Positions 1-9,200 of a stretch of 33,465 bases of DNA are shown piece after piece. The notes beneath the pieces are model-generated. The model was not told where the DNA came from and ran no database searches. It worked only from the letters and a program-made list of their open reading frames with translations. Position numbers and translations under genes: made by a program. Positions within the stretch are counted from its first letter, which is position 1. Each line of letters starts with the position of its first letter. The DNA is from a virus (lineage: Duplodnaviria > Caudoviricetes), in IMG/VR virus record IMGVR_UViG_3300047275_000519, positions 1-33,465 of that record; one strand, given 5' to 3'.

Positions 1-463
1 GTGGATTGTACGGCTTGAACCCGTGGTACAGCATGCGCGAGTTGAGTACCGGCACGTCGAACAGCTTGGAGTTCCAGCCGACGATCACGTCGTACTTGTC
101 AAGCTCCTCGCAGTACGCCTTAACCAGCACGCTATCGTCCTGCCAGTTCTTACCCGGATGCGTGTCGTGGCTAAGGGTGATAACGTTGCCAAGGCTGTCG
201 GCAATCGAGCCACACAGCATGCGTCGCCAGTTGCTGAACGTTGTCTCGATGTCGAAGTAGGCGATGTCAATCCCCACAAACGGCGGGGTCTTCGTCGTCT
301 TCTTGTTAGCCGGAAGAAGGTCCTCAGGGGTGCCTTCAGCATACCGCTTATGGAACTTCTGCACCTGGTCCTTGCTCATGTTGAGCATCTCACCAATCTT
401 GGAGAAGGACAGGCCCTGCTCCTTGAGCGCACCTACGCGCTCCACTAGGTTAGCTTTTGCCAT
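1..463 (-). CDS. N-terminal HTH + DEDD/RNase H-like 3'-5' exonuclease (YprB/RNase_H_2-like), 3' end outside the window
   Basis: Not in the ORF track; translated by hand from ATG 463 (TAATG overlap): MAKANLVERVGALKEQGLSFSKIGEMLNMSKDQVQKFHKRY (HTH-like) ... AYFDIETT (ExoI) ... VIVGWNSKLFDVPVLNSR (ExoII). Frame is open to the edge. Confidence 0.85.
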   Translation of the reverse strand, partial: MAKANLVERVGALKEQGLSFSKIGEMLNMSKDQVQKFHKRYAEGTPEDLLPANKKTTKTPPFVGIDIAYFDIETTFSNWRRMLCGSIADSLGNVITLSHDTHPGKNWQDDSVLVKAYCEELDKYDVIVGWNSKLFDVPVLNSRMLYHGFKPYNP

Positions 464-687
464 TACTTACCTCCGTTTGTCAAGGCGTCGTACACCTTGG
501 CTGCTAGGGTTACGATACCGCCCACAATGGACGCCACGATCCCTGCCTTCCATTTTGCCTCAAGATCTCCGGCTTGTCTCGCTTTCCTCACAGCTTTGTA
601 GCCAGCCGCATCCATCTCTAAGGCGCGGATGCGAACGTCGATCTCGTCGAGCTTGGACAGCAGGATCTCGAACTGCCCCCTGGTCAC
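463..687 (-). CDS. Small coiled-coil protein with one C-terminal TM helix (holin/XhlA-like membrane protein)
   Basis: 74 aa, GTG start overlapping the upstream TGA; heptad-like LSKLDEIDVRIRALE then hydrophobic AGIVASIVGGIVTLAA. Confidence 0.6.
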   Translation of the reverse strand: MTRGQFEILLSKLDEIDVRIRALEMDAAGYKAVRKARQAGDLEAKWKAGIVASIVGGIVTLAAKVYDALTNGGK

Positions 688-3116
688 AGTTGGAACCTTT
701 CTACGCGACCTGAAATCCTTGGAGCACCAGGCGCCGCTACGCCGGATGGTCCGTAGACAGTAGGTGTCGTATCTTTTGTCTTGGGTGTCGGCCCGTTATT
801 TGGTATTGAGGGCCTCGGCGGTGCGCTGGTAGGGGCAGGGGAAGGCGTAGCCTTTTTATCCCAAGACACGGCAGGCCCCTTAAACCTATCGGGCTTGACA
901 AGGTCTAGCATAATCTCTTCGTGCCCATCGGTGCGCATATGCCACTGCATGCCGCCTACGTTATAGAGGCCAGAGATTTCGTCAGCGCCGACAGACACAC
1001 CCTTACGCCGGACGACAACGCGCACAGTTTCACCAAGCTTAGGGGTACCTGTCATACCGATAGGACCGTACTCTTCGGTCCGCAAAGACACGCTGATACC
1101 TTGAACGTCAGCATCTGAGCCGTAGTTGTTGATAACTCCTTGAGCGAAGTTACCTGCGGACTGGGCGGACAAGAACCCAGCCTGGGTCTGAACAACCGGC
1201 AAGGCTGGGTCGGTAGCAGAGTATGAAGAAACCTTAACAATACCTTTACTCTTTACTCCGCTAGCTCCCTCCGTGCTGGAACCAATGAGGAAGTCTGTTG
1301 TTGGGATAACTCGAACTGAGTTGGTCTTCATGCTTAGCTTATTAACAACGTTGAAATCTTTGATCTGCCCAGGGTACATGAGAGTGGCCTGTGGACTTGA
1401 CGAGACAGAGTGGTTTACAATCAGGCTAGTACCGTTAGCCGTCGCTCCTGGTACCCCATAGTAGTTGAAGACAACCTTACTTCCGTCAAGTCTAGCACCC
1501 ATCTCGTTGTCTGCTAGCTCTCGGATAAAGTCTACTGGTCCTTGTCCCGCTGTTGTAAATGGGTGTACTGTTGAACTTGCTGCTGCGTTTACTTGGTTTA
1601 GACTTGCGAACTTAATGATAGGAACTAGTACTGGATTGTCCTTAGTTATAGTACCGCCTGTACCTGTCCTGCTTGTTGTCGGTTGTGTCGAGTCAGAGAT
1701 GTAGATTGTAAGTCTATCAGTAGAGATCTCAGTTAAGTACGGAGTTCCATTGAAATGAGACTCGCTGACACCGGCAATAGTAACTTGATTGCCAGGCTGG
1801 ATGTTCAGGGGGACAGCAGATGCCATTGTGAACACACGCCAGTAGCTGCTTATCCCAGATGGCGCAACTTGAGTTAGATAGTTGTTCTGATAGCAAGATG
1901 TAATAGTCATGACAGTATCCGGGTAGTCCTCATCTCTGTTTAGAACATACATTGGGTCTGTCGTCGTAGATAGAACTGAAGTGATAGCCCCATCCAATGT
2001 ATCGCTCTGGAGGCCAGCTGTAAACGTGCTATCTAGAGCACCTGTAGCATTGCCCCAGATGTATTGATTGTAGTCTGCCGTCGCGTCTTTAGGGCTAAGG
2101 TTGCCGAGATAAAACGGTATAGCGTAGAACTCATAGCTGACACCCTCTGTAAGGATTGACACTGTCCTTGTTCTTCCGGTGTGGTCTTCCGTAGATGAAT
2201 CGTAATGGCTTACAGGTCGGAGCTTAATGCTAAAGTCAAGTGGGGCATTGAGCGCGACGTATTGACCGCCTATTTCAACTGTGCTTACAGCGTAATAGTA
2301 CTCTTCGTAGAAATAATATAGGGGGCCGCCAGGGTTTGCGTACAACAAGAACCCAATGCGACCCTTTGACGTTGAGCTGGTGCCAATTGAGAAGTTCCCC
2401 TCGATGGTCTTACCGGTCTCCCCATCTTGGAAGTATGCAGTAGCTGCGTCTCTCCAAATGTATTGGCAGCCACTGATGATGACAGCTCCGGTCTTCTCGC
2501 CTGACACTTCTTCATATGTAATGGTTAGCTTGTCCTTCGTGCCCCATGTTGACCCTGCGGTGCCGGGGCTAACGTCGTCGGAAGCGCCGCTATAAATCTC
2601 AACCTTTCCAACGTTTGGGTACGTTGAGTCGACGACCGGAACCCAGTATCCTTCACTCTTCTTAGCTGTATCCTTTGATGAGGCAGATGCGATTTGTGCC
2701 TTAGGGGTAGTGCTAGCGATAGTCGTAGTGTCATTGTTTGGGATTGCCTTGTCGCCAAGCTCAGGGCCATGGATAGGGGTGTAGTACTTGTTAAGCGCAG
2801 TCATGTAGTCTACGCCGTTGACCACGACCTCGTTGCTACTTGCGTCGTAGTCCGTAATAATTCCAGACTGGATATCCACATACGCAGATCCATCCCACTT
2901 CTGCACTGAGTAGTGCTGCTGCAGCGGCTGGATAAGAGGGATTGCAGGGTGGTCTACAGGTAGGGTGAAATAGGCATAGCCCGAGTCATTGGCATATAGC
3001 TGAACGCCAACGTCTCGAGCGTCTGGAATAACCGCAACGATGTTGTTCTTTGCAAAGGGCGTAGCATCGTTGTACGGTTTCATGTCATAGATTACTACAA
3101 CGTTCTTCCGTGCCAT
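684..3116 (-). CDS. Tail tip/hub protein (ReqiPepy6 Gp37-like minor tail protein) with internal insertions
   Basis: 810 aa; N-terminus NDSGYAYFTLP...SGIITDYD...VVVNGVDY and C-terminus LGETVRVVV...GHEEIMLDL resemble siphovirus hub proteins; follows a Dit-like gene; Pro/Thr-rich C-tail. Confidence 0.65.
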   Translation of the reverse strand: MARKNVVVIYDMKPYNDATPFAKNNIVAVIPDARDVGVQLYANDSGYAYFTLPVDHPAIPLIQPLQQHYSVQKWDGSAYVDIQSGIITDYDASSNEVVVNGVDYMTALNKYYTPIHGPELGDKAIPNNDTTTIASTTPKAQIASASSKDTAKKSEGYWVPVVDSTYPNVGKVEIYSGASDDVSPGTAGSTWGTKDKLTITYEEVSGEKTGAVIISGCQYIWRDAATAYFQDGETGKTIEGNFSIGTSSTSKGRIGFLLYANPGGPLYYFYEEYYYAVSTVEIGGQYVALNAPLDFSIKLRPVSHYDSSTEDHTGRTRTVSILTEGVSYEFYAIPFYLGNLSPKDATADYNQYIWGNATGALDSTFTAGLQSDTLDGAITSVLSTTTDPMYVLNRDEDYPDTVMTITSCYQNNYLTQVAPSGISSYWRVFTMASAVPLNIQPGNQVTIAGVSESHFNGTPYLTEISTDRLTIYISDSTQPTTSRTGTGGTITKDNPVLVPIIKFASLNQVNAAASSTVHPFTTAGQGPVDFIRELADNEMGARLDGSKVVFNYYGVPGATANGTSLIVNHSVSSSPQATLMYPGQIKDFNVVNKLSMKTNSVRVIPTTDFLIGSSTEGASGVKSKGIVKVSSYSATDPALPVVQTQAGFLSAQSAGNFAQGVINNYGSDADVQGISVSLRTEEYGPIGMTGTPKLGETVRVVVRRKGVSVGADEISGLYNVGGMQWHMRTDGHEEIMLDLVKPDRFKGPAVSWDKKATPSPAPTSAPPRPSIPNNGPTPKTKDTTPTVYGPSGVAAPGAPRISGRVERFQL

Positions 3117-3968
3117 TTACAGAAGCGCCTCCCTGATGGTAATGCTGATTGTTTGCCCTGACTGCCCTACTACAGACACCGAAGATGTTCCGGGCGGGAT
3201 GCTAAAGAACTCGTATCCTGTCAGTGTGCTGTTGCTAGTGGAAGATGCTGTCTTAAATGTGTCAGTGATGGTAGACGCAGACGCCGAGTGAGACACTGTG
3301 TCGCTTCCAAGAGTGGCCGACACTGCCGTCGAAGACGTAAGGTTCCAAGTGACAACTGGCCAGGCAACAGTGTTGCCGGTGTTTACTACGCTGATGCTGC
3401 CTGTACCTGTGCGGCTAAACGTTTGGGCTGTCTCGAAGTACTTGTATGGATCTTCAGCAAGAAGGCTAATCTGTACTCTCTGAGAGTAACCACGCTCCGT
3501 CATGCCGGCCGCGCTAGCTGCGTCAAGGGTAAACCTTGGCAGCGCCAGGGGCCTGACCATCATGTATAGACTGTACGTTCCAACTGAGCCAGGCTGGCTA
3601 AACGACAACTTGCGCATACCATCAGCTGCAAGGGCCGGGTATGTCCCAGTGTCGGCGGCACGTGGCTGTGCTTGGAATGCAAAGTTAAGGGCGTTCACCT
3701 TGTCCCAGAAATCTGCGTAGGTGCTACCGTATACAGACATCACTATGCTAATCTGCCTTGCTCCGAGGTACGGGTCATAACTATCCACGCCGTCAACAAG
3801 CGGCGTATCTTCCATGAAGGCAGTAACGCCTACACCGGAGAAGTCTACCTGCTCGATCATGTATCCAGAGACTGGGGAAGACCCAATACTGCTTGGCTCA
3901 CGAACGCTATTGATGTCTAGTGGCGCAGCCCCTGGACGCTGGATAGTTACTGCAGATCCTAGATCCAT
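3117..3968 (-). CDS. Distal tail (Dit)-like protein
   Basis: 283 aa; YLGARQISIVMSVYG, LSFSQPG, ISLLAEDPYKY, VVNTGNTVAWPVVT and IPPG pattern typical of Sipho_tail/Dit proteins. Confidence 0.7.
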   Translation of the reverse strand: MDLGSAVTIQRPGAAPLDINSVREPSSIGSSPVSGYMIEQVDFSGVGVTAFMEDTPLVDGVDSYDPYLGARQISIVMSVYGSTYADFWDKVNALNFAFQAQPRAADTGTYPALAADGMRKLSFSQPGSVGTYSLYMMVRPLALPRFTLDAASAAGMTERGYSQRVQISLLAEDPYKYFETAQTFSRTGTGSISVVNTGNTVAWPVVTWNLTSSTAVSATLGSDTVSHSASASTITDTFKTASSTSNSTLTGYEFFSIPPGTSSVSVVGQSGQTISITIREALL

Positions 3969-4603
3969 TATGGTGTCTTCCTAATGCGGCGAGCTGACTT
4001 GGACACGCTATCCCATCGTCGCTCTGCCGCGCTGTACAACTGGGCTAGCTGAATGCTGTTTGTGTCAGATGCGCCGGCAGCTACCTGCCATTGCTGGAAT
4101 CGTACGCGGTCAGAGATCAGCATGAACATTGCTTCCTTCTGGACCCAGGCACGCACGGCGTTAATGGCGTCGTCGTCGAGCTCGATAGAGGACGCGTCAG
4201 ACGCTGGCTGGGTATAGTGCTTGTATCCAAACACCCGCAGTGTAGATCCGTTAGGCAACACGAGATAGGGTGGCATGTGCAGCTTTCCATTAATAAAGTC
4301 CCATCCACCAGTAGCTGTTGCATCTTGGGCAAACGGAACCGAAGCGATAAGCTTGCTGCTCTTATACGCGTCAACACGGTAAACAGTGTCGAGTGTGAGC
4401 GTGTCAATAGTAAAGAAAGCTCCGACGGCAGGAGCTGTGTAAGCAACTTCTTCATACGTCTCCTGTGGGCGAATGCGCGAGACCTCCTGGACGCCCCACT
4501 TGATCATGTCATTGAGCTCGTCGTTGCTCCATGTAGTGGTGGCCCCGGAGTCACGCAGGTCTCGCCGTACTATAGTCCTGAGTGCTGATAGGGTAATAGC
4601 CAT
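3968..4603 (-). CDS. Head-tail adaptor/connector protein
   Basis: ATG 4603 preceded by AAGGAG (preferred over 4636); TLSALRTIVRRDLRD...WSNDELNDMI is a typical adaptor N-terminus; directly after the capsid gene. Confidence 0.7.
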   Translation of the reverse strand: MAITLSALRTIVRRDLRDSGATTTWSNDELNDMIKWGVQEVSRIRPQETYEEVAYTAPAVGAFFTIDTLTLDTVYRVDAYKSSKLIASVPFAQDATATGGWDFINGKLHMPPYLVLPNGSTLRVFGYKHYTQPASDASSIELDDDAINAVRAWVQKEAMFMLISDRVRFQQWQVAAGASDTNSIQLAQLYSAAERRWDSVSKSARRIRKTP

Positions 4604-4620
4604 AAGGTCTCCTTGCGGTT

Positions 4621-4650
4621 GCGGGGGCCGGGCCAAAGCCCGACCCCCAC
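4621..4650 (-). terminator. GC-rich stem-loop after the major capsid gene (terminator/attenuator or mRNA stabiliser, no U-tract)
   Basis: Minus strand GTGGGGGTCGGGC-TTTG-GCCCGGCCCCCGC, 13 nt after the capsid stop. Confidence 0.7.
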
Positions 4651-4663
4651 TCCCTAGTTACGA

Positions 4664-5674
4664 TTAGAGCGTCGAAGCCGTCGACTCCAAGCGGAGGTAG
4701 CGAGGCTGGCCGGTCGAGGTGTTTGAACCATCGAACTCACCAGTCGTGCCCTCACCGCGGAGGATGGCGCCGAAGCGCATCTTGAAGCCAAGCGTTGCAA
4801 CCTGTGCGATTGGATCGCTGTGGTCGCCGCCCGGAGCCACGAAGTAGCTCTGGAGCGTCTGGCTGTCGCCAACGATGTAGGCGTCAGGCCCGAAGAGGAA
4901 CGTCGAGTGGACGTCCGCCGAGCTTGCGCCAGCGCCGGTGAAGACTGCTGCGCTTGGGGAAACAAGGAAGCGAACACCAGCGTACGCTCCGATTTCTCCG
5001 TTGAGGAGCTCGAGCGACTTGGTGTACTTCGTGGCCTCGAGGAAGCCGTTTGCGCTGGTATCCGTCAGCAGGTCGAACTCGACCGCTGGGTGGATAATGG
5101 CGCGGTAGAAACCGTCAGCGAAGGTTGGGATGTTTGCAGCCTTCATCTTCGCAACGGCCTTCTTGATTGTCAGACCAGCAACGTTGTCGTTGCCGCCCGT
5201 GCCGAGTGCACCGCGGGAAGCGGCGTCGCCGGCATACATAACGTTGGTGCCCTGCTTGAGGACGTCACGGATGATGTTGTCCATCGACTCCGTGGCGGCA
5301 CGAGCGAGTCGCTCCGACGCAATGGCGATCAGGTCATGCGGGCTGTCAAGCTGCGCAAGATCCGAGATCTTGAGAACCTTACCGTACTGCTTTGGCACGA
5401 AGGACTCAGTCGTGATCGTGAGATCATACTCAGCCGGGGCGCCAGCCTCGGTAAGGGTGTCCGCCACGCCAAGCGGCGTGAGGTCTGGGTAACGCGCATA
5501 ACGAATCTCGTTGCTGCCCTTCTGGAAGCGACCCGAGGTGTAGTTCCCCGGCATTGCATGGACCAGTCGGTTGCGCAGGTTCTCCTGAGCCTGCTGCGAA
5601 ACGAGCTCCGTAATGAGCGCAGAATAAGCATTGGATGAGCCAGCATCAAGCGTGGCTCGCGTCTGCGTTGCCAT
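4664..5674 (-). CDS. Major capsid protein, N4-gp56-like family (HK97 fold)
   Basis: 336 aa; KQYGKVLKISD, YRAIIHPAVEFDL, NGEIGAYAGVRF and HSDPIAQVATLGFK motifs; AAGGAG RBS; strongly biased codons; follows the scaffold. Confidence 0.92.
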   Translation of the reverse strand: MATQTRATLDAGSSNAYSALITELVSQQAQENLRNRLVHAMPGNYTSGRFQKGSNEIRYARYPDLTPLGVADTLTEAGAPAEYDLTITTESFVPKQYGKVLKISDLAQLDSPHDLIAIASERLARAATESMDNIIRDVLKQGTNVMYAGDAASRGALGTGGNDNVAGLTIKKAVAKMKAANIPTFADGFYRAIIHPAVEFDLLTDTSANGFLEATKYTKSLELLNGEIGAYAGVRFLVSPSAAVFTGAGASSADVHSTFLFGPDAYIVGDSQTLQSYFVAPGGDHSDPIAQVATLGFKMRFGAILRGEGTTGEFDGSNTSTGQPRYLRLESTASTL

Positions 5675-5692
5675 TACTATTTACTCCTTTTG

Positions 5693-6211
5693 TTACTCGC
5701 CCCAAGGATTGCCAAGGGCAGCGATGTCCTTAACGATATCCTCAGAGGAGCGCTTCTTTCCGGTCGAAGGAACTTCCTTCGCCGGCTTGTTTGGATCCAC
5801 GAACTCCTGTCGCGGAGCCCCACCTGTCTTCAGCAACTCTTCGAACTGCTTGGCACGCTCCTCAACGGAGAGCTCCTTAGTAGCCTCAGAGAACTGAACA
5901 TAGGTTGGGTATTCCTTGGCCAGGCGCTCGCGCTGCTCGGCTTCCCGAGTAGCCTTAAGTTCCTGTTCCAAAGTGGCGATGCGGCGCTGCGCACGCTCAA
6001 ACTCTGTGAGGCTTGCCTCTTCCATCTGGAGCTTCCAAGCCTGAACCTTTTCGTATTCAGCCTTGACTTCATCCAGCTGCTTCTTGGTAGCCGTCAGAGC
6101 CTGGTCCTTGCCAGCGAGACGCTTCTTCCAAGTGGTGATGTCGTTGTCCTGGTCAGTGGCAGGCTCTACCTGCGACTGGGCCTGGTCGTTCAGCACGACT
6201 TCGTCCGTCAC
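5693..6211 (-). CDS. Capsid scaffolding protein
   Basis: Charged coiled-coil protein directly upstream of the capsid gene; GTG 6211 has GGAGG at RBS distance (ATG 6223 is an alternative). Confidence 0.75.
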   Translation of the reverse strand: MTDEVVLNDQAQSQVEPATDQDNDITTWKKRLAGKDQALTATKKQLDEVKAEYEKVQAWKLQMEEASLTEFERAQRRIATLEQELKATREAEQRERLAKEYPTYVQFSEATKELSVEERAKQFEELLKTGGAPRQEFVDPNKPAKEVPSTGKKRSSEDIVKDIAALGNPWGE

Positions 6212-6236
6212 TTTAACCTCCATTTGCTTGCGAACC

Positions 6237-9200
6237 CTAAGGGTTCTTTGATTTAAACAACTCGTCCAAAGCTGAACCAGTTGTTTCCAACGCGCCTAGT
6301 GGACCGAGAGAAGTGATAGTCCTGGCAAAGTCCTGGTTAAGGACCGCACCCGGGCTCCACTCTGCACCGTTCGCCATGCGCTTATATAGATTGCGTGCCC
6401 ATGCTGGGGGTACAGCTGTGACGTCCCATGGCACGCCTGGGAACATCATTGTCAACATGTATACGGAGTTTGGATGTTCATCGAGCCAGATGCCAAGACC
6501 TGGGTTTGTCTCTAGCTCGTACTCAAAGTAGTCTCGAACATGAATGTATGCAGAGTATCCAGCCATTGGAGCGTTGGTCCCAAACGGGCGCTTGAATAGG
6601 AACTCAATAATCTCTGGTAGGATCTTCTTGAACATGTAGCTGTAAGGGTACATGGCGAGACCAGGGTGGTTAATTGTTCGCTCGAAGAAAGACCGGTCTG
6701 ATGGGAAGTACGTTGTTGTGTTGGCCTGGTCAAGAGCCCTAGTGTATGCATATTGGAATGCGTTATACACGGTCTCTTCTGCCCCGTGTCTGGTGACAAC
6801 TGAGCTCATGCCATTGCCGAACTTAACTGCCAGGCCTGGCTTGTCGGCCACACGTCGCACCATCTCTGCCTGCACTGCGTCTCGGAATACCTTACCGTCC
6901 TTAATTGGATCAGTGCCGCTTCGGATGATTGAGTTAACTACATCGTTTACCTCGTCAACAATATACTGAATATCAGTGCTAAAGCCCTGGCCTACGAGCA
7001 TAGCCTCAAGGATCTTGCCGGTATGCGGGTCAACGCCAAGCGGATCGGTGAAGTGCAGCTGCGTAGCAAGCGACTCAAGTGCGCTTCGCTTGTGCTGCAG
7101 AAGCACCCAGTCTCGTCCGATCTTCTGCATGTCTGCATGGAACGCCTTCTGTGCAGCCTTGACCATGTCCATGGTATCTTCAGACATATCAGCAGTACTC
7201 TTGAGCTCTCCCTCTGCGCGTCGCAAAGAATTGCGTAGGTTGTTTGCTGAGTCAGAGAACCGTGATGCGTCATACCCTGCGTCCGCAAGGCTGGACACAT
7301 GCTTGTCTAGGGTGGCCATGTGCAGCGCCGGATTGGCCAGAAGCTGCTCCTGCAGCTGTGCTTGCGTAAGAATGCCAGCCCCTTGTCCAAGCACCTGCTC
7401 CTCAGGGGCGAACCGTCCGCCTGTGATCAACTCGCGCTGAGCATCTGCCCACGCCTGTCGATCAGGATCAGGGATTCGGCCGAAGCCAACACCGGCCGGT
7501 CGTGACACTTCGATATCGTTCCAAACTCGTCGAGGGTCGCTGAGTCTCATGCGGTAGTTCACGTAGTTTGTAAACATAGCCCTGGAGTCGGACGTGCCAT
7601 ACTGCTCAACAAGAGCAGACCACAGGTTGAAGTCTTTTTCACGCAGCGTGTCAGAGAATGTCTTGGCCGTGATGTCAAGTGCCAGTGCGTCTCGAGCTGC
7701 CATCTTCTTGTTTGAAAGATCGTCCAGGTGACGTCCCTGCTTAAGGTTCTCCCAGAACCCTGCCTGCATCACGACGTCGTCGTATCGACCAGTCATAGCC
7801 TGTGCCACTGCGTCCTGTCGGAACACGGCCATGAAGTTTGCGTTGTCCACAAACGACTGGGTCTCTGGCCCAACCTTGGTCAGGTCTCGGAGCTGGCTTG
7901 CAGATACCATCTGAGCCTTGCTACCGTCAGCCATCATGGAGAATACAGTGTCCCGGTCTACGCCACGAGCAGCATTTAGGATTGGGCTTTCTGCGTACTC
8001 CTGCAACCAGTAGATTGGGTTGAGCTTAAACTTTAGAGTTGGGTACCACTTGTCTGTCCATGAGGCAATCTGTGTGCCAAACTTTCCTTCCTTAAGTCCC
8101 CCGGTAAAGTATTGCGTGGCGCCAACGACGTTCCGGTCTCCTCGGAAAGCAAACATTGTAGCGTTCATTGGGTCGAACGTCTTGCCGAAAGCGTTACCTG
8201 CAAAGTTATTTACAAACTGCTTATATGTACCGGGCCCACCGACCTCGTCGATTGCCTTCCTATATGCCTCGTAGATTGTCTTAGGGGCAAGGCCTCTAGC
8301 GGACACTCCCTCTTGCACCCCTCTGGCTACGAGCTCATCAAGGACCGCATCTACGTGCTCTTGTCCAAGACCACCGCGCACAAGGTACGCTGCGAGTCTG
8401 CGCCGGATAGAGTTAGTGACGTACTTCTGTGGGATTGGTGAGAACAGGTTGCTCATGAACTTCTGGATTGTGGTTGGGTTGTACCCAAGGATGGCATCCC
8501 CATTCTTCTGTGCAATCTTCTGGAGGCCGCTGGTTGACATGTCGACGAACGGCATGACCTTACTTGCCCACATCTGTCGCTGCCCTGGCGTCGATCCAGG
8601 CATCTCGAGAAGTGCTGGCTTATAAATCATGTTGTTCTCAGGGGCCCGTACAAGTCGGTAGGCGCCGCCGTTGAACGTGCGAACAATGTTCGGGTCCTTG
8701 CCAATTAGGCGCAAGGCTTGCTCAATGGCGGATAGGTGCCGGTCTGAGAACCGGTTGACAGCAAGGCCGCTATCTACAGCTTCCCTCAAGTACTTGTTAA
8801 TTTGGTCTGCGTTCTTAAGATCGCCATGTACGACACGGATATCATCGAACTGCTCAGTTGCACGCCTTGTCCACGCGAGACGAACCTCTTCCAGGTTCCT
8901 TGCGCCGCGAGCGTCTGACAGGAGATCCTTGATTACCTTGTTGTACTCGGCTCCTTCTACGCTATTGGCCATGGTATTGTTCAGGCGCTTAAGGAACTTC
9001 TCCACCTCTTTGGCCCCGCCCTGCCGGTCAAATGCGCGGACAACTCGGCCATCTTGGGCGATAGTATCAGCGGATGTGGCGGCACCAAGCCTCTTCTCTG
9101 CGGACTTCTCCAGTGAGGCTGTGATCTTCGCAAGTGCGCTATACGCGTCCAGGAATGCCAAAGCCTTGTCTCTAAAGATGTGGCCGCTTGATACGATATG

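Noticed and set aside
4820-5638. 272-aa plus-strand ORF and the many other plus-strand ORFs across 1-29700
   Set aside because: Antisense shadows of codon-biased minus-strand genes; no RBS or protein-like composition.
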